Source: Magnetococcales bacterium DCbin4
GTDB lineage: Bacteria > Pseudomonadota > Magnetococcia > Magnetococcales > UBA8363
DNA: 32,000 bases
Reading direction: 5' to 3'
NCBI GenBank assembly: GCA_002753735.1
Contig: PEAN01000007.1
Location: 63,883 to 95,882, forward strand
Shown: positions 7,452-15,352 of the stretch, in pieces
Position numbering within the stretch: the first letter of the stretch is position 1
Layout of the letters: each line of letters starts with the position of its first letter
Notes under the pieces: model-generated
Told to the model about the DNA's origin: nothing
What the model saw: only the letters and a program-made list of their open reading frames with translations
Database searches by the model: none
Position numbers and translations under genes: made by a program

Positions 7452-10136
7452 ATGATTTCTAATGCCGTGTGGGGTTGGTGGATCCAGGTGAATCAACAGC
7501 TTGATATGTTCGAACTCGTCGATGACATGTATGCCGAAGACCGGTTATTCGCTGAAGACCGGTTATCGACGGCTGTGGTTGCGGCCCCGTCCATCTGGAA
7601 GATATTGGTCATCGACGATGAGCCTGATATTCGTCAACTGACTCGTATGGTATTGCGGGGTTTGCGGTTTGACGGACTTGGCATCGAGGTGATCAGCGGC
7701 TTCAATGGTCGGGAAGCCTGTGCCATCATGGAGCAGACGCCCGACGTTGCGGTATTGTTGCTGGATGTGGTCATGGAGACCGACCAGGCGGGTCTGGAGG
7801 TGGTGCGCCATATTCGCGAAGAGCTTAAGAATGGTTTTGTCCGGATCATTCTTCGTACCGGCCAGGCGGGTCAGGCTCCGGAACCGGAGGTGATTGCCCA
7901 GTATGATATCAATGATTATCGCGAAAAAACGGAACTGACCAGTCAGAAGCTTATTACCGCTGTGACTTCGGCGCTCAGGGCCTATCGCGATTTGCGGCTC
8001 ATTGAAAATTTGGCGATGAACCTCAAACGGGAACGCGAAAGCCTGAAACGGGCACAGGCGATGGCCCATTTTGGCAACTGGGAATGGGAACTCGATAGCG
8101 GTCACGTCACATTTTCCGATGAAATGCTCGCCATTATTGGTCTGAGCAGGGTGGCAGCACCTACAGGCATTGCCGTCTTTCTTGATCGTATCCATTCGGA
8201 AGATCGCATTCGTGTGGAACAGGTGCTTTCCAACATGGCCGCCATTGGGGAACGTTCCGATCTTGAATGCCGGATTGTTCGTCCCGATGGCAGTATACGG
8301 ACGGTGCATCTGGTCTGCGAAAGCAATCATGGGGATCATGCCGAACTTTCCCGCATGTTGTGTACCGTGCATGACATCACCAATACGCGTGAAGTGGAAG
8401 ATCGCCTGAAGATTGCCACGACGGTGTTTGGTGGGGCGATGGAGGAGGTGCATGAGCATATGCGCATCGCCACCAAGGTATTGGAAAATGCCATCGAAGG
8501 GGTCATGGTCACCGATGACAAGGGGGTGATCCGAAGCGTCAATCCCGCCTTTACCCGAATTACTGGATATGATCCGGTCGAAATGATCGGCAATCCCATG
8601 AAAATCCTCCATAACCGGCATCTGGATGTGGCGTTCCACGAACAGTTGTGGAAATCGCTTATGGATGTGGGCATCTGGCGGGGGGAGGTGTGGAACCGGA
8701 AAAAGAATGGTGAAGCCTATCCGCAGTGGGAAACCATCATCGTCATTCGTGACCGTGAAGGAAAGGTCACCAACTTCATCTCCATCTTCCATGATTTGAC
8801 CGAAATCCGGGCCAGTCAGAAAGAACTGCATTTTAAAACCTATCACGACACCCTGACCGGGTTGCCCAACCGGGATTTGTTTGCGGATCGTCTCAATCAA
8901 GCCGTGGTCAATGCCCAACGCAACAATGGCAAGGTGTTGGTGATTTTTCTGGGATTGGACCATTTCAAGAAAATCAACAATTCCCTGGGGCATCAATTGG
9001 GCGACCAACTGTTGAAGGATGTCGCCGCCCGTTTGCGTACCTTCATTCGCGAGGGGGATACCCTGAGCCGGTTGGCGGGTGATTCCTTCGGGTTCATCAT
9101 GCGCGAAATACGCAATACCAAGGATGCCGTGTTCGTGGCGCGCAAGATCAACAATGCCCTGACGGAACCCTTTACCATCGAGGAACACAAGCTGTTCCTG
9201 ACGGCCAGTACCGGGATCACCCTGTTTCCGGAAGATGGCCAGGATGCCTCTACCCTGATCAAAAATGCCGACATGGCCCTGAATCGGGCCAAGGTCACGG
9301 GTCGTGATACCTGTACCTTCTACAAGGCCACCATGGGCGAACAGGCCAACCGTCGCCTGAAAATGGAAAAAAATATGCGTCAGGGGTTGGAGCGCGATGA
9401 ATTTGTCCTGTTCTATCAGCCCAAGGTATCATTGAAGACCGGTCAGGTGGTGGGGATGGAAGCCCTGGTCCGTTGGCTTCAGCCCGATGCCGGGATGGTC
9501 TCGCCCGGTGAATTCATTCCGGTGGCCGAGGAGACGGGATTGATCCTCCCTTTGGGCGAATGGATCTTGAAAAGTGCCTGCCGGCAAAACCGCATCTGGG
9601 GGGACGCCGGTTTCGGCAATTTGCGCATGGCAGTCAACCTGTCGGTCCGTCAGTTTCGCCAACATGATCTGTTTGATCGGATACGGATGATCCTGGAGGA
9701 GACCGGTTTGCAACCATCGCTTTTGGAATTGGAGATTACCGAAAGCATGATGATGGATAACGTCGAAGCGGTCATCACGACCATGACCCGCTTGCGCTCT
9801 TTGGGGTTGTTCATTGCGGTGGATGATTTCGGTACGGGGTATTCATCCTTGAGCTATTTGAAACGGTTCCCCATTCATACCTTGAAGATCGATCAATCCT
9901 TTGTGCGTGATTTGACGCTTGACTCTGATGATGCCGCAATCATCAACGCCATCATTGCCATGGCCAAAAGTTTAAAATTGGATGTGGTGGCCGAGGGGGT
10001 GGAAACGGAAGAACAGTTGAATTTTCTGCGTGCGGAACGTTGTGATGAAATGCAGGGGTATTATTTCAGCAAACCTTTGTCGGCCCATGAGTTTACTGAA
10101 TTGTTGAAAAGTGGTCGTCAATTGAAGAATTCTTGA
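7452..10136 (+). CDS. Response-regulator receiver-PAS-PAS-GGDEF(degenerate)-EAL protein, a likely c-di-GMP phosphodiesterase
   Basis: REC domain (KILVIDDEPD...LLLDVVM). Two PAS-like regions. The GGDEF domain carries AGDSF in place of GGDEF but keeps RxxD (REGD) five residues upstream. EAL motifs are intact (EALVRW, ELEITE, DDFGTGYSSL, KIDQSF, EGVETEEQ). The start is uncertain (7452, 7506 or 7527). Confidence 0.85.
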   Translation: MISNAVWGWWIQVNQQLDMFELVDDMYAEDRLFAEDRLSTAVVAAPSIWKILVIDDEPDIRQLTRMVLRGLRFDGLGIEVISGFNGREACAIMEQTPDVAVLLLDVVMETDQAGLEVVRHIREELKNGFVRIILRTGQAGQAPEPEVIAQYDINDYREKTELTSQKLITAVTSALRAYRDLRLIENLAMNLKRERESLKRAQAMAHFGNWEWELDSGHVTFSDEMLAIIGLSRVAAPTGIAVFLDRIHSEDRIRVEQVLSNMAAIGERSDLECRIVRPDGSIRTVHLVCESNHGDHAELSRMLCTVHDITNTREVEDRLKIATTVFGGAMEEVHEHMRIATKVLENAIEGVMVTDDKGVIRSVNPAFTRITGYDPVEMIGNPMKILHNRHLDVAFHEQLWKSLMDVGIWRGEVWNRKKNGEAYPQWETIIVIRDREGKVTNFISIFHDLTEIRASQKELHFKTYHDTLTGLPNRDLFADRLNQAVVNAQRNNGKVLVIFLGLDHFKKINNSLGHQLGDQLLKDVAARLRTFIREGDTLSRLAGDSFGFIMREIRNTKDAVFVARKINNALTEPFTIEEHKLFLTASTGITLFPEDGQDASTLIKNADMALNRAKVTGRDTCTFYKATMGEQANRRLKMEKNMRQGLERDEFVLFYQPKVSLKTGQVVGMEALVRWLQPDAGMVSPGEFIPVAEETGLILPLGEWILKSACRQNRIWGDAGFGNLRMAVNLSVRQFRQHDLFDRIRMILEETGLQPSLLELEITESMMMDNVEAVITTMTRLRSLGLFIAVDDFGTGYSSLSYLKRFPIHTLKIDQSFVRDLTLDSDDAAIINAIIAMAKSLKLDVVAEGVETEEQLNFLRAERCDEMQGYYFSKPLSAHEFTELLKSGRQLKNS

Positions 10137-10151
10137 AATTGCGAGGTCCTC

Positions 10152-10385
10152 ATGTGCCAACAGGATGAAGATTATGTCGCGTTTATGGCCATGTTGCCGG
10201 ACCTGCTTCGGGAACATGCGGGACGCTGGGCACTGTTGCACCATGGCGCACTGGTGGACTTGTTCGACTCGGCAACGTCGGCGCATCAGGAAGGAGAACG
10301 GCGTTTTCCTGATGGTGCGTTCAGCCTGCAACAGGTATCGGGGTCCATTTTGGCGTTGAATTGGATTTCCTGCTGCGGCAGTTGA
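10152..10385 (+). CDS. Hypothetical 77-aa protein, probably co-transcribed with the EAL protein
   Basis: ORF begins 15 nt after the upstream stop, with GAGG 5 nt upstream of the ATG. No motif recognised. Confidence 0.4.
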   Translation: MCQQDEDYVAFMAMLPDLLREHAGRWALLHHGALVDLFDSATSAHQEGERRFPDGAFSLQQVSGSILALNWISCCGS

Positions 10386-10421
10386 TGATGCGGCATGTGG
10401 GCCAATGGGATCAACGAGTCA

Positions 10422-11315
10422 TCAGGCCGTCTTAGCCTGGGTTTTCTTGCGATAGAGGGCATGAATCAATCCATCTGACAGCCCGATCTGCGGCACGAAG
10501 ATTTGTTGAATGTTGGCCCATGTCATGACATTGGTAAAAATTTGTCCTGCCGGAACAATGACATCTGCGCGGTCGGGTTTGAGTCCGAGTTTGAGCATCC
10601 GTTCTTCGAGGCTCAGTTGTGATAGTTCATTGTGAACCTGAAGGATCCGCTTCAGGGAAACAGGCTTGTCGTTTTTATGGTTGGTGAGTGAAAACAGTTT
10701 GTTGATATTGCCTCCGGAACCGATGGCAGAGATGGTCGTCAATGCATGGCAATGTTCTTCGATCCATTGTTTCATGTGCAACCATCGTTTGGGCGACACC
10801 AGGTTTTCCTTGATGCGAATGGTGCCAACCTTGAAGGATTTTGAGGCTTTGAGCAGGCCATCCTGATACAGGGACAATTCGGTGCTGCCGCCACCGACGT
10901 CGACATAAAGAAAGCTGCCGTTGAGGAAACGGCCATCCATTTGGTTGAGGGCGATGAATTCCGCCTCTTTGGAACCGTCGATGATTTGGATTTCCAAACC
11001 TACTTCACGGTGCACCTGTTTGATCAGATCGTGACCATTTTTGGCTGTGCGCATTGCCGAGGTGGCACATGCCAGGTAATCTTCGACATGACAGGCGGCC
11101 ATGAGTGACTTGAACGCGGCCATGGCATGAATGAAATCCTTGGTTTTTTCTTTGGAGATCACACCCCGTATAAAGGCATCCTCCCCCAGACGAACCGGGA
11201 CACGATAAAGATCCGCTTTTCGGATCAAAGGTTTCCACTCTCCCACTTCGAATACGTTGGAGACCAGGAGGCGGACGGCGTTGGAACCACAATCGATGGC
11301 TGCAAGTTTCATCAT
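10422..11315 (-). CDS. Short Ppx/GppA-family phosphatase (exopolyphosphatase / pppGpp phosphohydrolase fold)
   Basis: LAAIDCGSNAVRLLV and YVDVGGGSTEL are ASKHA phosphate-binding motifs of Ppx/GppA. About 297 aa, so only the two N-terminal domains. The start at 11315 gives an ATGA overlap with the upstream 63-aa ORF; the alternative start is 11324. Confidence 0.8.
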   Translation of the reverse strand: MMKLAAIDCGSNAVRLLVSNVFEVGEWKPLIRKADLYRVPVRLGEDAFIRGVISKEKTKDFIHAMAAFKSLMAACHVEDYLACATSAMRTAKNGHDLIKQVHREVGLEIQIIDGSKEAEFIALNQMDGRFLNGSFLYVDVGGGSTELSLYQDGLLKASKSFKVGTIRIKENLVSPKRWLHMKQWIEEHCHALTTISAIGSGGNINKLFSLTNHKNDKPVSLKRILQVHNELSQLSLEERMLKLGLKPDRADVIVPAGQIFTNVMTWANIQQIFVPQIGLSDGLIHALYRKKTQAKTA

Positions 11316-11503
11316 TCCATCCATACGGGGTTAACGACTGCTTTCAGGCGAAACCCGTTGTGTTCCCAGGTCATGGAGTCGGGAGATGTGTGTTTTTGTT
11401 CCAACACCTGGTAGTCATCCTTGCCATCAAAATAGATCAACCAGCTCCGGAGGGTTTGTGTTGCCATTTCTCTGGCCGTGACAACTGCTTCATTATAGGT
11501 CAT
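11312..11503 (-). CDS. Hypothetical 63-aa protein translationally coupled to the Ppx/GppA gene
   Basis: AGGAG lies 7 nt upstream of the ATG at 11503. The stop overlaps the Ppx start. No motif recognised. Confidence 0.5.
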   Translation of the reverse strand: MTYNEAVVTAREMATQTLRSWLIYFDGKDDYQVLEQKHTSPDSMTWEHNGFRLKAVVNPVWME

Positions 11504-11774
11504 GAACAGGCTCCTGGTAATAAAAGTTCATGAAATGGACCTTCCTGCCGTGGGTAGGTGAATGAAGAAAAACGCAGCAGGGTTTGCACCGCACCGGCAG
11601 GGTTTGCACATTGAGGTTGATTTGATTGCTGACCGGTGGTGTTGCAGTCAGGATGAAGCCCGGATGAAACCCAATTCCCATGGCCTCCTTGACGAGGGAA
11701 AAGATACATTAAGAAAAGCCTGATGGCAAGATATGGCGGTTTTATGATCTGTTGAAAAGGGTACGATTGTCTGT

Positions 11775-11798
11775 CGGGAAGGGGGGTGCCCCTTCCCG
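11775..11798. terminator. GC-rich hairpin immediately downstream of mor
   Basis: cgggaagggg-ggtg-ccccttcccg is a perfect 10-bp stem. A T-run (tttcc) follows only on the + strand, so it is not a canonical intrinsic terminator for the minus-strand mor transcript. Confidence 0.4.
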
Positions 11799-11819
11799 TT
11801 TCCGTGTGTTCATCCAGGT

Positions 11820-12197
11820 TTACGTATGGGTGTCGGTATCGGCCAGAATGGTATAGATGCGCCGTTCCGTCAGCGCGTGGGAACGTGCAAGGTCGGCAAC
11901 ACGTGCTCCCTTGTTGTACTGGTCGATGATTTCCTTGTTGCGTAATGCACGCAATGCGGGCGCGCCACGCACGACCGACAAACTTTCTCCGCCAAAACGA
12001 CGGCTTAATTGCCGCGCCGCCTTCAAGCCCAACAAATTGGCCAGCCGATGTTGTGCGCTGATGCGCTTGGGGATGAAGATTCGGGTCCCTCCACAGTTTG
12101 TGACCAGTTTCAAGGTGTTGTCCAAGCCAATGGCGTCGCGTATTTCCTTGAGGGATTCAGGGAAACGGGCGTTGAGCAGGGGATGTTGCATGTTCAT
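11820..12197 (-). CDS. mor: Mor-family transcriptional activator (Mu middle-operon-regulator-like)
   Basis: 125 aa. IGLDNTLKLVTNCGGTRIFIPK...LSRRFGGESLSV...RNKEIIDQYNKGARVADLARSHALTERRIYTIL matches the Mor family layout, including the C-terminal HTH. Confidence 0.8.
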   Translation of the reverse strand: MNMQHPLLNARFPESLKEIRDAIGLDNTLKLVTNCGGTRIFIPKRISAQHRLANLLGLKAARQLSRRFGGESLSVVRGAPALRALRNKEIIDQYNKGARVADLARSHALTERRIYTILADTDTHT

Positions 12198-12463
12198 TCG
12201 AGAGACTCCCGTATTTGAGGATTGCAGTTGGCAATGATCAGCTTAAGCATCAGGGCGTGCAAACGTTGGCGCCTGGGTTCAGCAAATGCGGCGGCTGACT
12301 GTCTGATATGCCGGATGCTTTGTTCCATGTCATGTTCGATGGCGGCGATGCTGTGGAACAACATGTTGATTTCAAGCATTAATTTAAGTGTATTATGGCC
12401 AGTTGGGTCGTTGGCCGGAATGGGTTCTTCCCCGTTTTCCTGTTGATTCATGACTTCCTCCAC
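12194..12463 (-). CDS. Hypothetical 89-aa helical protein, first gene of the leftward operon
   Basis: GGAGGAAG RBS precedes the ATG at 12463. The stop overlaps the mor start (ATGA at 12194-12197). No HTH recognised. Confidence 0.55.
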   Translation of the reverse strand: MEEVMNQQENGEEPIPANDPTGHNTLKLMLEINMLFHSIAAIEHDMEQSIRHIRQSAAAFAEPRRQRLHALMLKLIIANCNPQIRESLE

Positions 12464-12693
12464 AAAGACGAACCAAAAATAATTATAACGAACTATTGGT
12501 TCGTGAAAAGTGATTGAAGGGACAGTTTCGGTTATCTGCGGGCATTTGTCAATATTTTACGAACTAACGGTTCGGAAATAATAATTTGAGTTTCGGTAAT
12601 GGTAAATGCTAGACTGAAACAGTTCATCAATGGTAAATGTTGGTTCGTCATTATCAATATGGTTCATCTACATATATTTTTTTGGAGTCAATC
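12464..12693. promoter_or_regulatory. Divergent promoter/operator region of the CI-like repressor and the 89aa-mor operon
   Basis: Two palindromes: ACGAAC-N5-GTTCGT (12488-12504) and ACGAAC-N5-GTTCGG (12559-12575). Half-sites at 12468-12473 and 12643-12648. A leftward perfect TATAAT (complement of 12482-12487) has the first palindrome filling the spacer up to a TTTTCA -35. Rightward: TTTACG, then a palindrome, then AATAAT-like boxes at 12577-12585. Direct repeat aatggtaaatg at 12598-12608 and 12629-12639. Confidence 0.6.
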
Positions 12694-13416
12694 ATGTCTG
12701 AATCCTTTTCGTCAGGTAAGCTTAAGGAACGTTTGGAGTTCGTCATTGGCAAGGAGGCCCCGTACACCTGGGCGACTCGGATCGGACTGGGGAAATCCAC
12801 GCTTGCGGGGATTCTCAACAACGGTGCGTGCCCCCGAACCAGTACGCTCATCAAGATTGCGATGAATACCAATATTTCCATCAATTGGCTGTTGACAGGA
12901 AAAGGATCGCCATGGATGGAGCACTCCTCCACTTTGCTTCCAGAGGATCCCATGACCATGGCCCGGGAACCGGGGGAACCGTATCGGGTTGCGCCACAAT
13001 CCTATGTGGTGGTTCCCCGTTTCAGTGTGACATTAAATGGGCAGGAGAACGATTCGTTTCATAGTGGTCAGGTTGTGGATCATATCGCCTTCAAGTCGGA
13101 TTGGATTCTTGGCGTCATGGGGCTTGACCCCAATAAAATCGTCCTGGTAAGTGTCATTGGTGATTCCATGGAACCCACGTTGAAGGGGGGCGATTTGGTG
13201 TTGCTGGACCAACGGGATCAAAGCATGCGTAACGATGCCATCTATGTGATTCGCAGGGATGAGGATTTGGTGGCCAAACGGTTGCAACGGGGATTTGATG
13301 GTTCAATTTCCATCAAGAGTGATAATGCTGCGTATGAAGATATCAAGGTGCCGGCGGAACAGGTGGGACAGCTTTCCATCGTTGGCAGGGTGGTTTGGTC
13401 AGGGCGGCGAATATAA
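12694..13416 (+). CDS. Phage CI-type repressor: N-terminal CI-like HTH plus C-terminal S24 (LexA-like) autopeptidase
   Basis: The N-terminus WATRIGLGKSTLAGILNNGACPRTSTLIKIAMNTNISINWLLTGKG is a phage CI repressor HTH. The C-terminus has the catalytic Ser in GDSMEPTL and Lys in LVAKRL. GGAG lies upstream of the ATG at 12694; the track ORF starts at 12637. Confidence 0.85.
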   Translation: MSESFSSGKLKERLEFVIGKEAPYTWATRIGLGKSTLAGILNNGACPRTSTLIKIAMNTNISINWLLTGKGSPWMEHSSTLLPEDPMTMAREPGEPYRVAPQSYVVVPRFSVTLNGQENDSFHSGQVVDHIAFKSDWILGVMGLDPNKIVLVSVIGDSMEPTLKGGDLVLLDQRDQSMRNDAIYVIRRDEDLVAKRLQRGFDGSISIKSDNAAYEDIKVPAEQVGQLSIVGRVVWSGRRI

Positions 13417-13512
13417 GTGGAACATGGAAAAAACGACCCAAGGCATGTTGATATTCAATCATTTTCTGAATGTCATCATGCCCTGGAGTATCCTTTGAAC
13501 GATTGGAATGGA

Positions 13513-14616
13513 TTACGTTTTTTTCCAAGGATATTTTCTTTTCCAATTGGAAAAGGTCGTGGCATTGGGCAATCCCAACAAGCGCGTCGCCAAGGATTTG
13601 TTGCCGCCACTTTCACGCAATGCTTTTTCAAAATAATGATCCGCAACCTGTGTCAACAAATCGGTCAATTTAAAATCACGGCCAAATTCCCGCCCAAGAA
13701 TGGTGGCTGGTGGCACAATATGAATGCCAAACATGGCCTCTTGAATATCCTTGGATTTGACCACATTGTTTTCGCTCCACAAAATGGCACGCAGCAAAGT
13801 GTTGTACAGTTCACGAATGTTTCCTGGCCAACCATGATGCAACAAGAGGGTGCGCGCATTGTCGGTGAGTTTCCGCTTTTTATATCCCGTATGCACCAAC
13901 ATGTCGCGATTGATCATGGAAACAAATACCTGAATCAATGCCGCCAAATCCTCCTGGCGTTCACGTAAAGGGGGGATGGTGAAGACGGCAACCGCCAAAC
14001 GATGAAACAAATCGTTGCGAAACCGACCGCGGGAAACCTCCTGCAACAAATCACGATTGGTGGCGGCTAAAATGCGGAAATCAACCTTGCGTGGATGCAC
14101 CGAACCCACCGCAATCACCTCGCGTTCCTGAATGACCCTGAGCAATTTCACCTGGGTCGACAAGGGAAGCTCCCCGATTTCATCAAGGAAAAGAGTCCCT
14201 TTGTCTGCTTCGGCAATATATCCATTGCGTGCCAGAACTGCTCCGGTAAAGGCCCCCTTTTCATGGCCAAACAGCTCTGCCTCGACCAGATTTTCCGGGA
14301 TGGCGCCGCAATTGACACAGATGAAAGGATGGTTTTGCCGCGCGGAAGCATGATGAATCATTCGTGCCAGCACATCTTTTCCCGTTCCCGATTCCCCCTG
14401 GATCAACACCGGAAAATCAAGCGCCGCGACATGACGGGCACGCCTGACCAACGTTTTCATTACGGGACTGTCATAGACCAACTCGTGTGGAAACGACGTC
14501 CCATCAAAGGGGGCGTCGATCAACCCATGATGATGATCCGATGCATCACCTTCATCATCGGGTTCGGTAACATTCAAAATCCATTCGGAGGGAGATACCT
14601 GTGGGGGAAGGGGCAT
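13513..14616 (-). CDS. Sigma-54-dependent transcriptional activator (bacterial enhancer-binding protein, bEBP) with no receiver or sensor domain
   Basis: AAA+ core has Walker A GESGTGKDVLARMIH, the sigma-54 contact loop GAFTGA, and Walker B LFLDEIGEL. C-terminal Fis-type HTH (GGNKSLATRLLGLPNATTF). Only about 65 acidic/His-rich residues precede the AAA+ domain. Confidence 0.85.
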   Translation of the reverse strand: MPLPPQVSPSEWILNVTEPDDEGDASDHHHGLIDAPFDGTSFPHELVYDSPVMKTLVRRARHVAALDFPVLIQGESGTGKDVLARMIHHASARQNHPFICVNCGAIPENLVEAELFGHEKGAFTGAVLARNGYIAEADKGTLFLDEIGELPLSTQVKLLRVIQEREVIAVGSVHPRKVDFRILAATNRDLLQEVSRGRFRNDLFHRLAVAVFTIPPLRERQEDLAALIQVFVSMINRDMLVHTGYKKRKLTDNARTLLLHHGWPGNIRELYNTLLRAILWSENNVVKSKDIQEAMFGIHIVPPATILGREFGRDFKLTDLLTQVADHYFEKALRESGGNKSLATRLLGLPNATTFSNWKRKYPWKKT

Positions 14617-14784
14617 AAAACCCTTTGGATAGGAATTCCTGCGGGCAGAAAAGATCTGGCCACTTCAGAACACAGAGAAAAGCATCAGTAACCGGCTTTT
14701 TCCTTGTTGTCCTGAAGTGGCTTGTGTGTCCTTTCCAATGCATGAACCAAATGGCCACGTCTCCATGGAGAAACAGGTCAAGGC

Positions 14785-15348
14785 TTAATGGACCTGGCCT
14801 TTGTGTTCCTGGATGGCGGCGATGGCTTCCTGTACCATTTTATTGGTTTCAGTCTTGGTCATGTTTTTGGCGATGAGCTTTTCCGTCGCCAGCATGGCGA
14901 TATCGACGGCGACGTGATGCAGCTCCGTCATGGCTTTCTGCTTGGCGGTTTCGATTTCCGCCAGGGCGACGCTTTTCTTCTTGGCCAGTTCCTGACTCAA
15001 GGACTCCCTGGCCATTTCCCGGTATCTTGCCGATTCCAGACGGGCTTCTTCAATGGTCTGTTCAGCCATCCGGCGAGCGGCATTCAGTTGTTTTTGGGTA
15101 TCAATCGCCGCTTTTTCCGCAAGGCGCCTGCTTTGTTCCGCATTTTCCAGGTCGGAACGAATTTTGTTGCCACGCGCATCAAGAACCTTTTCGATGGCCG
15201 GCAGGACATGCGTCTTGAGCAGGTACAGCAGAATGAAAAACGAGGCGATGGACCAGAAAATCTGATGTCCAAACACCGAAGGTTCAAATTGCGGCATTCC
15301 TGAACTGGCGGTATGCTCCGCAGTGGCGGCAACAGCAGTGGCGATCAT
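14785..15348 (-). CDS. atpF: F0F1 ATP synthase subunit b
   Basis: N-terminal TM (IFWSIASFFILLYLL) followed by a long charged helix (IRSDLENAEQSRRLAEKAAIDTQKQL...). It follows atpE. The start could be 15348 or 15297; the track ORF to 15543 overlaps atpE. Confidence 0.8.
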   Translation of the reverse strand: MIATAVAATAEHTASSGMPQFEPSVFGHQIFWSIASFFILLYLLKTHVLPAIEKVLDARGNKIRSDLENAEQSRRLAEKAAIDTQKQLNAARRMAEQTIEEARLESARYREMARESLSQELAKKKSVALAEIETAKQKAMTELHHVAVDIAMLATEKLIAKNMTKTETNKMVQEAIAAIQEHKGQVH

Positions 15349-15352
15349 GGTG

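Noticed and set aside
7563-9188. Very long antisense ORFs: 541 aa here, plus 21325-22794 (489 aa), 17132-18232 (366 aa), 29504-30493 (329 aa), 19760-20725 (321 aa), 4190-5068 (292 aa) and 20825-21670 (281 aa).
   Set aside because: Most lie opposite a well-supported conserved gene (the EAL protein, rsmB, ntrC, asnB, dusB, pqiB, engB/rsmB start). Their translations are Arg/Gly/Pro/His-rich low-complexity strings with no motifs. This is typical of stop-poor antisense frames in GC-rich coding DNA.
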